From positions 1 through 52,764 of the IMG/VR virus record IMGVR_UViG_3300025133_007827: 52,764 nucleotides of DNA. The stretch is one strand, 5' to 3'. The stretch comes from a virus. Taxonomy: Duplodnaviria; Caudoviricetes. Numbering within the stretch: position 1 is the stretch's first letter; each line of letters opens with the position of its first letter. A program made the translations under genes and the position numbers. Below are positions 37,166 through 46,072 of the stretch, in pieces. Below the pieces are notes generated by a model. The model worked only from the letters and a program-made list of their open reading frames with translations, was not told where the DNA came from and did no database searches.

Positions 37166-38118
37166 TCAGTGATCTCCTGTATCTTATTAAATTGTTTCTG
37201 TGTGGCTTCAAACGAATACATATCATTGGCTTTATCAAAAGCATCTTTGATCCGAGAGATCCTATACTCAGTATCACCGATATACTTTATAAATTCTTCT
37301 TCCAGTGCTGCAAAGTCATTGTTAGCTGTTTGAGGAAATAATGTGTGATGTGAATCATTCACTCCTCCAATGTTAACCACACCTAAGATTGCACACTGTA
37401 TGCCTTGTTGACCCTGCTGTGGTTCTGGATCGCAGTTTACACAAAACGTCGACTCTGAAAACATATTCAGAAAGTCTAGCCATTGGGTTGGCGAATAACC
37501 AGTTTCTCTGCGGGTCACTGGAATGTCGTACTTGTCACCCAGATAGTTGGCAAATTCTTCAGTATGTCCCCTTCGAGGTGGATGGGGTGGAATGTAACTA
37601 AAAATCCGTTCAAGTCTGTTCTGTTTGTAAAACCTCTCATATAAAAAGTCAATGTCGTATGGTTGTGGTAGATAATGAAGAGTGTGACCGACATCCTTTT
37701 CTAGGTTGGGAAAAATCTCATATATAGATTCTTTATACGGAATCACTACAGCATCTGCTTTTTGGAATAAATCTATTCTTGCTTCATACCCATCATAGAA
37801 GTACAATTCTTTGATCGTGGCATAAATTTTAGCATTTGGATATTTCTTTCGAACCTGATCTATATCATAAATGTGATTGTTCTTCTCTATGACCAAAAAA
37901 ATTACATCTAGGTCCAGTTCTGGAAGAACATCCCACTCTGGCCAATTTATCAGATGTCCTTCAAATAAAAATGGGTACGCAAAAGGACCCATTGAACATC
38001 TACCATCAATGCTATGATGCCATACGTATGGAGAATCGTCTACCATCTTGTAGGCTTGTTTATCCTTCACATAGAAGGAATTTTGCACACACTTATCTAC
38101 TATTAGAGCAAAATTCAT
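37162..38118 (-). CDS. putative GT-B-like glycosyltransferase
   Basis: Resembles 15887..16798 (VIEKN, ADAV, GQ..IQCAILG...IGG); island context. Confidence 0.5.
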   Translation of the reverse strand: MNFALIVDKCVQNSFYVKDKQAYKMVDDSPYVWHHSIDGRCSMGPFAYPFLFEGHLINWPEWDVLPELDLDVIFLVIEKNNHIYDIDQVRKKYPNAKIYATIKELYFYDGYEARIDLFQKADAVVIPYKESIYEIFPNLEKDVGHTLHYLPQPYDIDFLYERFYKQNRLERIFSYIPPHPPRRGHTEEFANYLGDKYDIPVTRRETGYSPTQWLDFLNMFSESTFCVNCDPEPQQGQQGIQCAILGVVNIGGVNDSHHTLFPQTANNDFAALEEEFIKYIGDTEYRISRIKDAFDKANDMYSFEATQKQFNKIQEITE

Positions 38119-39134
38119 TCATGTCCCATTCCGGAAAGTTCTGAAAGGATGCCATGAACGTGGGTAACAAATCTCTGTGGGGTGTAGAGTCTACTATACA
38201 GATTTCTCATATTCTCTACATAGAATGGTTGTAACCGTTTGTAATCCATTGTAACCTCTTTTACTTTTTCATTTAAGTCGGACCAGTCATAGTTGACTCC
38301 AACGTATGTCTCTCCGCTCTTATATATATTAGGCTCAGTCTTCAAAAAGTCAATATTTGGCTTCACTAAGACTGATCCCATCATACAAGATTCAAGATCC
38401 CTTGGAGCCATAGCTCCATATCCAAGTGGAGCTAATATGATTTTACTCCTGTACATGTTATTGTAATATTCTTCAATTGGTATCCGAACCCCATCCTGGA
38501 GCTGTATTGTATTGAATGTTGGATCTAATGTGTCGAAGAGAGTTTTTCTGTGTGGATCATAATAATCCGTCTGACAGAGATCGTGTTCGTATACTGGTTC
38601 TTTGGTGGGATATCCAAACATACATGAAACATCATACTCTTTATCTGGACCGTATGCATACCAGTTGGTCTGAACCGTACTGAGCCAATTGCATCCACTG
38701 AGTCTTATCCGCGGTAACAGATCCGTAATATCTGGTATGGTGTATGTTCCCTCACCCCAATAATACCGTCCATTTGCCAATGGGGTCTTGTAGAGAAATG
38801 GGTCATTCAACATGACATTTTTTAACATCATGACGGCGTTGCCTTCTCTGAGGATCTCTGCCGTCCCTATCAGACTGTGGGAGTCCTGACCATCTACTAT
38901 GATGTAATCTCCAGTCACTTTAGAGAGGAATTCTAATCCCTTTTCTACTGATTCGTTTAGTGGAACTTTCTTGTCGATAATGCTGGCTTGACCCACGAAT
39001 GCATAATCGTACGAATCACCATCCCCGATAAATTCAATCCCGGCTTGACTGAACCATTCCGAAGCTGCTAGGAATGGTCGAAAGGTTGTTTCGTTTCGAT
39101 GTATATCGTATTCAAGTAGTTTAATTTTTATCAT
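38115..39134 (-). CDS. putative GT-B-like glycosyltransferase
   Basis: Y...MYRSKIILAPLGYG....RDLE..MMGSVLVKP, ETYV...YDWSDL; start moved to MIKIK. Confidence 0.65.
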   Translation of the reverse strand: MIKIKLLEYDIHRNETTFRPFLAASEWFSQAGIEFIGDGDSYDYAFVGQASIIDKKVPLNESVEKGLEFLSKVTGDYIIVDGQDSHSLIGTAEILREGNAVMMLKNVMLNDPFLYKTPLANGRYYWGEGTYTIPDITDLLPRIRLSGCNWLSTVQTNWYAYGPDKEYDVSCMFGYPTKEPVYEHDLCQTDYYDPHRKTLFDTLDPTFNTIQLQDGVRIPIEEYYNNMYRSKIILAPLGYGAMAPRDLESCMMGSVLVKPNIDFLKTEPNIYKSGETYVGVNYDWSDLNEKVKEVTMDYKRLQPFYVENMRNLYSRLYTPQRFVTHVHGILSELSGMGHE

Positions 39135-39769
39135 TGATTCTTCCAAAATTCACCATTGGAATAGAATGCGTTTTGTTTTTCCTGCCGCTCGATCGTCTTG
39201 TGATGAGTCAGACAATATTCAGATTCCGTTGGAAGAAAACTATATTCCGCGTACCCTTCCATGATTTCATGTACTGGTTTTATCCATCGAATATTTGATC
39301 TGTTTCTATGTATCCGTGGTTGCCAATCTGGGAAGTTAATCCACCCTCGTTCATTGACGTTCCATCCCCAATACTTCACATGATCATCTGTCAGTCCATC
39401 TACGGTATTAATCCTAGGGACTAGAAGTAGATCAATTTTTGGATTGGTTTCCAATATTGATTTGAGGTTTCCAATTAATTGTTTGGTCGGTAACTCATCA
39501 GCATCAATGTTAAAAATAAAATCACCGTTACACATCTTACGCAAATAATTTTTCTGGCCGGCAAAATCCTTCATGAGATGTCTCTGTTCATACCGAAGGT
39601 CGTATATACTCGAATATGTCTCTAGCAGCTCTATTGTTTTTTCATTGTCGGAGTAGTCATCTACAATGACGATTTCATCATCTGGATCCTTATACTCAAA
39701 TAACTGGCCAAGCAGCTGATCTAGGGAATCCGTTTCGTTGTGTGTGAGTATACTGTAACTGATTTTCAT
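39131..39769 (-). CDS. glycosyltransferase family 2
   Basis: ISYSILTHNE, VDDYS, FA.QKN, IDADE, PD.Q.R, VHE. Confidence 0.9.
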   Translation of the reverse strand: MKISYSILTHNETDSLDQLLGQLFEYKDPDDEIVIVDDYSDNEKTIELLETYSSIYDLRYEQRHLMKDFAGQKNYLRKMCNGDFIFNIDADELPTKQLIGNLKSILETNPKIDLLLVPRINTVDGLTDDHVKYWGWNVNERGWINFPDWQPRIHRNRSNIRWIKPVHEIMEGYAEYSFLPTESEYCLTHHKTIERQEKQNAFYSNGEFWKNQ

Positions 39770-40299
39770 TAACGAGCAAATTTCGGTATTTTGAATTTTA
39801 ACCCACGAACGCCTGATATCTCATTTATGATATATTTCCGATAAGCATCTTTCTTTGTGAGGATCGAATCTGCAACATTCCCATATATCTCGGCTATCAT
39901 GGGTCGTATCTGACCGGTGTTTCTATTCCGGATGGTTGTGGGTAAGCTCAATCTGGTGTACCTCTGAGATGCTGTAATATATCTACCCTTACTATCGCGG
40001 ATCTGTTCCACCATATCTAAATCTTCACCTCGAACCGGTACAGCCGCCATCACATAGAATAATCGTCCCATCTCATACTTAGACAGATAGTTCAGATTGA
40101 TTCCATGCATGAGTATATTATTTTTTGAATTAACTAATCGGTCCGTCAGACCATTCGCTAGAACCAATACAATTGGTTTTTTATCATGAGCACCTTCGAC
40201 AGCGTATTTGAACTCGATGAGCGACCCCGGGAGAACGTGGGCACGTGGCATTGCCGTGTATCCGCGGATTTCGCCTCTATGATTGTATAGACGCGGCAT
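39769..40299 (-). CDS. hypothetical protein, possibly T4 gp2-like DNA end protector
   Basis: PG.LIEFKY...KP.VLVL...HGINLNYL...YRKY resembles the gp2-family GxNLxYL motif. Confidence 0.45.
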   Translation of the reverse strand: MPRLYNHRGEIRGYTAMPRAHVLPGSLIEFKYAVEGAHDKKPIVLVLANGLTDRLVNSKNNILMHGINLNYLSKYEMGRLFYVMAAVPVRGEDLDMVEQIRDSKGRYITASQRYTRLSLPTTIRNRNTGQIRPMIAEIYGNVADSILTKKDAYRKYIINEISGVRGLKFKIPKFAR

Positions 40300-40744
40300 T
40301 TTCCTTCATGAATTTTATTCTGTTGAGAGCTTCTAAACAATCATAAAAGTTCTCAAACAGGATTTGGTTCTCTGTGTCGTATCGCTTTTGATAAAACCCA
40401 CCATTTGAATCTGGATAATTTTTTTGCTCTTCCTCTGGTATCATCTTCATGGGTGCATACGACCACATCGGTTTACCCAAATGATCTTCTACCATGTGAA
40501 TCATGCCTTCCGGAAGTGTCAAGATTCCAGGTATCCATGTTCTATCTTCGTCTTGTTTTGCAAATTTTCTAATAGACTCTTCCACCCCTAAGAGTTCCTT
40601 TTCGGCCTGAGTTCCTAGGAATTTATCACTGGATGCGTATCCACAATACAAACACTGTAGCATGGACCCATCCGACAGATTTATCACATGCAAAGATTGT
40701 TCTGTGCAAAGTGGACAATAAGTGAGCAATTTGTGACTATCCAT
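40277..40744 (-). CDS. hypothetical Zn-ribbon protein
   Basis: CPLC...CLYCGY. Confidence 0.65.
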   Translation of the reverse strand: MDSHKLLTYCPLCTEQSLHVINLSDGSMLQCLYCGYASSDKFLGTQAEKELLGVEESIRKFAKQDEDRTWIPGILTLPEGMIHMVEDHLGKPMWSYAPMKMIPEEEQKNYPDSNGGFYQKRYDTENQILFENFYDCLEALNRIKFMKENAASIQS

Positions 40745-42048
40745 TACGTGACTTTTTTTAATTTCGGAAGATTGAGACTTACTGGTTGAGCTATATGCTG
40801 CGTTCGTTCGTCAATAATCCTATTCAATAATTGCGACATACCCACCAACGTGAATTTATCTCTGTTGATCCTTCCAAGCTGTTTAGCCTTCTCTTTAATC
40901 ACATTAATATTCTCAGAAGCATACTTGAGTGCTGAAAAGGCCTGATGTTCGTCGATGACAAACCACCCGGACTCTTTTATCAAAATATTATCCCAAACGG
41001 CTGATTGTGGTATCTGTTCTATCTTTCCGTCCACCAATATAGAATGCTCTTTGGTTAAGAAATCTACTGGTCCGGACCAGTTTGAACAAATTACTGGTAA
41101 GTCGACCATAGATGCTTCCAACATGGGACGACCAAAGCCTTCCCCATGAGTAAAGCTAACCATGCACTTTATTTTTGGATGATTGTATAGTTGATTCATC
41201 TGATGTTCTGATAGGTCTCCATGAAGAAGGTACACTGGTGGTAGTTTCCACTCTTTGGGAAAAGAGTTCCTGACTCCATTGATCTTTCCTTTTATGTCCG
41301 TCTTATCCAGGATCGAAAATGTAGCTCCACTCGTCTTTAATATCAAGGCTGGTGGGTTTGACAAGTTCGCAAAACTTTCAGAAAATATTTTTATCGTCTT
41401 ATAAATATCTTTCCGGTCTTCACCAAAGCCACCCTTAACCCACTGACCGACAAATAGAAAAGCAAATTTCTCTTTCACCGTATCATTGATCTGATTTAAG
41501 AATGATCTGTCTATCTGGTCAACAGTTAGTGGTTTAATGATGTCTTCATCTACACCCTCAAAGACTACTTCGATGGGAGTTGTGACCTTAGTCTCACCAA
41601 CTTTCTGTGTAGATCCATCAGGTAAGTTGTTTATCTTATCATATATAGTATTGATAAAACCGTTACGAGAGTGTTCTGATGGAACAATCACTAGATCCAT
41701 TTTATTGCAGCCTTCGATCCATTCCTGTGACACTGCTGTAGTCTCTATCCCGGCTGTGATTCCGATATTATATTTACCGATGTTCTCAAACTCGTTGGGT
41801 ATTCGCACGTCGAAGTAAATGTCTGGCTGTCTATCTAAGGGCTTTGTGAGAAAACAATCTAATAATTTTTTATGTTCCGGAATATCCGGCAGTAAAAAAT
41901 TTCTTGGTGTATCTCCCCACCTGACATCTATGACGACAATTTCATACTTGTTGGAATCATGCAGAGCATAAAAAATTGATCTAGCATGGTCTCCATATCC
42001 GGACCTCGTGTTAAATGGTCCTTGCATTGCGACTAGTTTTTTATCCAT
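40744..42048 (-). CDS. glycosyltransferase family 4
   Basis: TRSGYG, IVPSEHS, FLFVG, RK, GEGFGRPMLEA; start moved to MDKKLV. Confidence 0.9.
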   Translation of the reverse strand: MDKKLVAMQGPFNTRSGYGDHARSIFYALHDSNKYEIVVIDVRWGDTPRNFLLPDIPEHKKLLDCFLTKPLDRQPDIYFDVRIPNEFENIGKYNIGITAGIETTAVSQEWIEGCNKMDLVIVPSEHSRNGFINTIYDKINNLPDGSTQKVGETKVTTPIEVVFEGVDEDIIKPLTVDQIDRSFLNQINDTVKEKFAFLFVGQWVKGGFGEDRKDIYKTIKIFSESFANLSNPPALILKTSGATFSILDKTDIKGKINGVRNSFPKEWKLPPVYLLHGDLSEHQMNQLYNHPKIKCMVSFTHGEGFGRPMLEASMVDLPVICSNWSGPVDFLTKEHSILVDGKIEQIPQSAVWDNILIKESGWFVIDEHQAFSALKYASENINVIKEKAKQLGRINRDKFTLVGMSQLLNRIIDERTQHIAQPVSLNLPKLKKVT

Positions 42049-43411
42049 TGATCTGCTCCAAGGTAAATCGTTCTTTAGGTTTCCAATTCTCAAATGCCCC
42101 ATCCATGGATTCTATAAAACCATCACCCATGTGTTGTGCAGTCATTCCACTGACGTTATCGTTTACAAACTTTCTCCCAAGTTCTCCATTCCGCTCTCGC
42201 TCTTCGGGACCCATATCATACCATTCCAGAAGAGCATCTCCAGCATCTTCCCAGGTACAACGATCATCAAAGATGTACGGTGTTGGTGGTGATCCTAACA
42301 GTGATATGGTTTTTGGCCAAGCCGGTCTAACCCATGGACCGTGGTCCGTGTATTCGCCTCTATGATTTGAACCCAGCTCTATATAATCCTCAGCTGTAAG
42401 GTATTCATCACCATTTTTAAAACCACACTGATCTTGAAGACCTCCTGTGACATTTATGACTATTGGTACACCGACCGTTAAAGCTTCACAGCTCCCTAGA
42501 CCGAACCCCTCATTGGATGCAAGGTTAATGTATACGTCACAGGCATTGAACAGATAATTCATTGCTTTATCATCAAAGGGTCCACCCCTATCATATGTAA
42601 ATATTGCTCTATATTCGGGCATCATCGTTCTACAGACTTCTCTGAGGTCCGTTCCATTATCATCACTGACTTGTGTGTGAAATACGAGTGCACAGTCTTT
42701 CCGCTGTTTTTCTGGTAGCTGATCCACCATATGCTTAAAAGCTAATACGACATCACCAGGCATCTTTCGTCGAATATTCCGATTGCTGTATAGAACTTTG
42801 AACTTATACCGGTCTAACTCATAGTGCTTCATGAAGTCCAAAAACTCTGTACTGGATCTATTCACCGGAAAGAATCTCTTCTCATTTATCCCATGTGGGA
42901 CATATTTGATCTGCCAATCTTCGTAGTCGGGTAGCATCCTCTTATTGATCCCATATGTTTGCTTTGAAATAGCAATTAAGAGATCACAGCTCCGATAGAA
43001 ATTTTCATTCCACAGTGGGTCAGGAAGATCATCCCAGATATTATTATAAAAGATTGGAATTTGAGTTCTAACTTCATGTTCCATCTGATACAACCAGAGC
43101 CAGAATCTTGGATCTGTATAGTGGAGTATTGCATCTGGCTTTTCAATCGCCATGACCTCTCTGAGGAGATCCGGATTACCATAACCACTTACTGGATAGA
43201 TTCTCAGATAGGCATCTTGGACACCCGTCTCTTGCTGCATTAACTGACTCATATCCGCCATCTTACCTTCTTCTGGATGTTGGATAGCTCCTCCAATTTG
43301 AACCCAGTCATAATGATGAAGCGTAGTTGACACGATATCCTTCGAAACGCATGCAACTCCGCTATGCATTCGAAGGTCATCACTCAACATTAATATTTTT
43401 TTCTTTGCCAT
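42041..43411 (-). CDS. glycosyltransferase family 4
   Basis: SGVA, VPHGI, NRNIRRK, NEGFGLGSCEAL..G.P...VTGG. Confidence 0.9.
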   Translation of the reverse strand: MAKKKILMLSDDLRMHSGVACVSKDIVSTTLHHYDWVQIGGAIQHPEEGKMADMSQLMQQETGVQDAYLRIYPVSGYGNPDLLREVMAIEKPDAILHYTDPRFWLWLYQMEHEVRTQIPIFYNNIWDDLPDPLWNENFYRSCDLLIAISKQTYGINKRMLPDYEDWQIKYVPHGINEKRFFPVNRSSTEFLDFMKHYELDRYKFKVLYSNRNIRRKMPGDVVLAFKHMVDQLPEKQRKDCALVFHTQVSDDNGTDLREVCRTMMPEYRAIFTYDRGGPFDDKAMNYLFNACDVYINLASNEGFGLGSCEALTVGVPIVINVTGGLQDQCGFKNGDEYLTAEDYIELGSNHRGEYTDHGPWVRPAWPKTISLLGSPPTPYIFDDRCTWEDAGDALLEWYDMGPEERERNGELGRKFVNDNVSGMTAQHMGDGFIESMDGAFENWKPKERFTLEQING

Positions 43412-43425
43412 GTTTTCCTCTAAGG

Positions 43426-43620
43426 TTAAAAATTACTACCACTCGGTATCAACTGATCCGTAGTTTCGATTTGATCTTTAAAGTTTGGGTCACTCAAATA
43501 CAAGTACATCGATCTATTAGTGAGCTTTTGTAGTGTGGTGGCAGAATTAATAATTTCAACTTTAAAGCTATTATATAGACTCTCCAACACTTTCACTGAT
43601 GTCAATTTTACATTATTCAT
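43426..43620 (-). CDS. small hypothetical protein (ribbon-helix-helix-like?)
   Basis: LTSVKV beta strand followed by two helices; GGAG SD before MNNVK. Confidence 0.6.
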   Translation of the reverse strand: MNNVKLTSVKVLESLYNSFKVEIINSATTLQKLTNRSMYLYLSDPNFKDQIETTDQLIPSGSNF

Positions 43621-43644
43621 AATATTTCTCCGTATTACATATGT

Positions 43645-43680
43645 TGTATACATATATATATATGTATATAAATATATAAA
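43645..43680. promoter_or_regulatory. (TA)-rich intergenic element at the head of the glycan operon
   Basis: tgtatacatatatatatatgtatataaatatataaa: palindromic TA run containing TATAAATA(+)/TATTTATA(-). Confidence 0.45.
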
Positions 43681-43691
43681 CGTCTAGAAAT

Positions 43692-44093
43692 TTATGATAA
43701 GATAATTATCTTTTTCCTAAATTTTTCTGCATATTTTAATGTAGAGTTTGTTCCATTTGATATGATTCCTTCTGGGATGAATCCTACCACCATATCAGAA
43801 GCCTTAGCGATCTGTTTATTCCGGACAAAAAAGTATGAAACTTTATACGATCGGCCATATAACTCTTCAGGTAGCACGCAGTACAGATTGTATGGGTGAT
43901 GAAATGGTGGATATTCCTGATACTGCACTTCTAGTTCAAGTGCATACTTCTTAGCCAGATAATCCGCTCCATCCTTACACCCACCACTCACTATTATGAG
44001 CTTATCTTGAAATTTTCTCTTTAATTCATAAATGAAATCTTTAACTTTTCGCTTGTCTTGATATTTACGCGAACCGACAATTCCTATCTTCAT
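43692..44093 (-). CDS. SLOG-superfamily (YspA/DprA-like) protein
   Basis: IGIVGSR, IVSGGC.DGAD..A, RN..I...SD, SNGT..T. Confidence 0.82.
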   Translation of the reverse strand: MKIGIVGSRKYQDKRKVKDFIYELKRKFQDKLIIVSGGCKDGADYLAKKYALELEVQYQEYPPFHHPYNLYCVLPEELYGRSYKVSYFFVRNKQIAKASDMVVGFIPEGIISNGTNSTLKYAEKFRKKIIILS

Positions 44094-44446
44094 TTATATC
44101 CCTCTACCATGCGAACGTCGATATGCTTCAATAATTTTATAAAATGATCTAATCCCTGAATTGTGTCTCCCATATAGCCGTACCGGTGTACTGGTCTAAC
44201 ATTTATATTAAAGAGAGATCCATCAATCAATTTTTTTGTTACTGTTACATTCAGTTTAGAGATCTTATCTGAGTGTTTTTTAAATAACTCATCAACCGTC
44301 TTGCTATCATATGATTCATTATAGAATACGATGCTAAACTTTTTATTAACTCTGTTCTGGCATTCTACTAGTTTGTCTAAAATGTTTGATGTGTTGGCAA
44401 ATAACTCTGTCAGTGGTATCCCCACTGACTTGACCAGACCGCTCAT
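44090..44446 (-). CDS. hypothetical protein
   Basis: TGATG overlap with the exonuclease; start moved to MSGLVK. Confidence 0.6.
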   Translation of the reverse strand: MSGLVKSVGIPLTELFANTSNILDKLVECQNRVNKKFSIVFYNESYDSKTVDELFKKHSDKISKLNVTVTKKLIDGSLFNINVRPVHRYGYMGDTIQGLDHFIKLLKHIDVRMVEGYK

Positions 44447-45300
44447 CAAACTCCCTCCGTGCAATGTTCTGTGCGTTTGAATTCACAAAACCTACAAGAT
44501 TTTTTACTGGGTGTGGCTGACTGCTCAGCAATATGCTGACCTTGTGGGTCGAAGCCCTTTGTTACAAATTCTGTCATTGATTGAATTGCTCTGTTCACAC
44601 TCACTGAACCATTTGCTGGTATGAATGATTGTACTCTCTTCTGCGGAAAATCTACTTTTTCATAAAGCCGTCTTTTTACTATGAAGTATTCAATATCAAC
44701 GTTATTGATATCCAAACCTCGCTGCTCAGAAAAATATTTCTTATACAGGAGAAGTTGAGCTGTTTTGGATTTATCCTTTTTCTGATACTTGTTCCAACCC
44801 ATAGTTGATGTCTTGATATCTATTATTTTATATCTGTTAGTTGGTGGATGATACAACACGACGTCTAAATATCCAATAAACCTGATGGAGTCGCTCAGTG
44901 GTACGTTCACTGGTATTTCACAACCAACCAGTTCCCAATGCTTCTTAGAAAAATAATCAGCTCTTCTCTTTTTGAAGAAATCTATAATATTGATACCATC
45001 TTGAAAAAATTCTTGCATCTCTTCTTTAGATGCTGGTTTAGAGTCGTATTTCTTCACAGCCTTTTCAAATTCAATGACCATTTCTTCTTGTAATCTGGTT
45101 GGTAAATCTAATCCGTCTGCAATCTTTATAGATCGATTGTACATGCAATCTAAATATTCTTGTAACACAGTATGCATGGCTGATCCAAACACCAGATAGA
45201 TATTCGAATCCTGTTCCGTCAGTTTATCAACATAACGGAGTTTCCACTGTAGTGGACAATTGTGCCAAAGTGACATCTGACTGTAACTTACTCTGTTCAT
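44446..45300 (-). CDS. PD-(D/E)XK exonuclease (Cas4/RecB-like)
   Basis: SYSQ...CP, G...H, E, G.LD, IIDIKT, QL.LY, C.FC.F...C. Confidence 0.88.
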   Translation of the reverse strand: MNRVSYSQMSLWHNCPLQWKLRYVDKLTEQDSNIYLVFGSAMHTVLQEYLDCMYNRSIKIADGLDLPTRLQEEMVIEFEKAVKKYDSKPASKEEMQEFFQDGINIIDFFKKRRADYFSKKHWELVGCEIPVNVPLSDSIRFIGYLDVVLYHPPTNRYKIIDIKTSTMGWNKYQKKDKSKTAQLLLYKKYFSEQRGLDINNVDIEYFIVKRRLYEKVDFPQKRVQSFIPANGSVSVNRAIQSMTEFVTKGFDPQGQHIAEQSATPSKKSCRFCEFKRTEHCTEGV

Positions 45301-45731
45301 ATTTTTAACGTCTTTATTTTTTTCTCTTCAGTGCCGTATCGAGTCAGGATACTAATTAAGTGTTCTTTACCTTGTTGGGTCTTCATCATAAGTCCCAAGT
45401 ATTCCTCGGTCTGTTTACTGCTCTGTTGAAAGTGTTTATTAAATAAGTCTACCAACCATCCATCATATTGGAACTTGGTCTTACTTTTGATATATCGGTG
45501 AAATCTTTTGTTCTTTGGAATCAGTGATGCATAGAACTTATACACAACTTTAGGTTTAAGCAACGATATACTGTATTTTTGAAAATAGTTTACTATCTCT
45601 ACGAGTGCCTCGTTCATAGATAAGAGCCGATTGATCATATAGGGCTGGAACGCTTTTTGATCTGATTCAGAAAAGGTGTTCCAATCTCGTTTATTGTGAT
45701 TGACTTCCTTGAGCCAATCGAATAGCTTCAC
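45297..45731 (-). CDS. clamp-loader small subunit (T4 gp62-like)
   Basis: LFDWL..., PYMINR.LS, IPK..RF..YIK, EYL; next to the gp44/gp45 homologs. Confidence 0.75.
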   Translation of the reverse strand: MKLFDWLKEVNHNKRDWNTFSESDQKAFQPYMINRLLSMNEALVEIVNYFQKYSISLLKPKVVYKFYASLIPKNKRFHRYIKSKTKFQYDGWLVDLFNKHFQQSSKQTEEYLGLMMKTQQGKEHLISILTRYGTEEKKIKTLKI

Positions 45732-45940
45732 TGAGTTGTCGCATCGACCATGTCTTTATTGACATGACCACATTTCTCACAAGCAAATACGCCAATTGGC
45801 ACTAACGTCTCCTCCCCGGTGGGGGAAATGATTGCAGAGAGCTTTTTTATGATTATCGTCTGCTTAAATGTCTTATTTGCGCATGATTCACATTCTACCA
45901 TTGTGGCTCTAGAGAGATCCAGTTCTTGTTTAGTTGTCAT
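45728..45940 (-). CDS. small Zn-ribbon protein
   Basis: CESC...F.Q...KKLSA..SPTG.E...P..VF.CEKCGH. Confidence 0.7.
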   Translation of the reverse strand: MTTKQELDLSRATMVECESCANKTFKQTIIIKKLSAIISPTGEETLVPIGVFACEKCGHVNKDMVDATTQ

Positions 45941-46071
45941 TTCTTTCTCCGGGTAACTTTCCTCTTTGAGCGCTTTTTCCGGACTTTCTTTATTCTTTGG
46001 TCCTCGCCCGTTCGCCTGTCGTATCCAATCCAGGCAATGACTGTGTCGATCGCATTCATGAAATTATCCAT
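45937..46071 (-). CDS. small basic protein (44 aa, not in ORF track)
   Basis: Hand translation MDNFMNAIDTVIAWIGYDRRTGEDQRIKKVRKKRSKRKVTRRKK; GGAG SD; ATGA overlap. Confidence 0.5.
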   Translation of the reverse strand: MDNFMNAIDTVIAWIGYDRRTGEDQRIKKVRKKRSKRKVTRRKK

Positions 46072-46072
46072 G

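Noticed and set aside
14504-43411. Bacterial O-antigen/capsule locus or eukaryotic giant-virus origin
   Set aside because: It lacks wzx/wzy/ABC export genes and is continuous with a gp44/45/62-like module and small phage ORFs. SD sites, sigma70 promoters and ATGA overlaps argue against an NCLDV.
44446-45300. Cas4-like nuclease as a sign of CRISPR-Cas
   Set aside because: No repeat-spacer array or other cas gene is visible, and stand-alone Cas4/RecB-like exonucleases are normal in phage replication modules.
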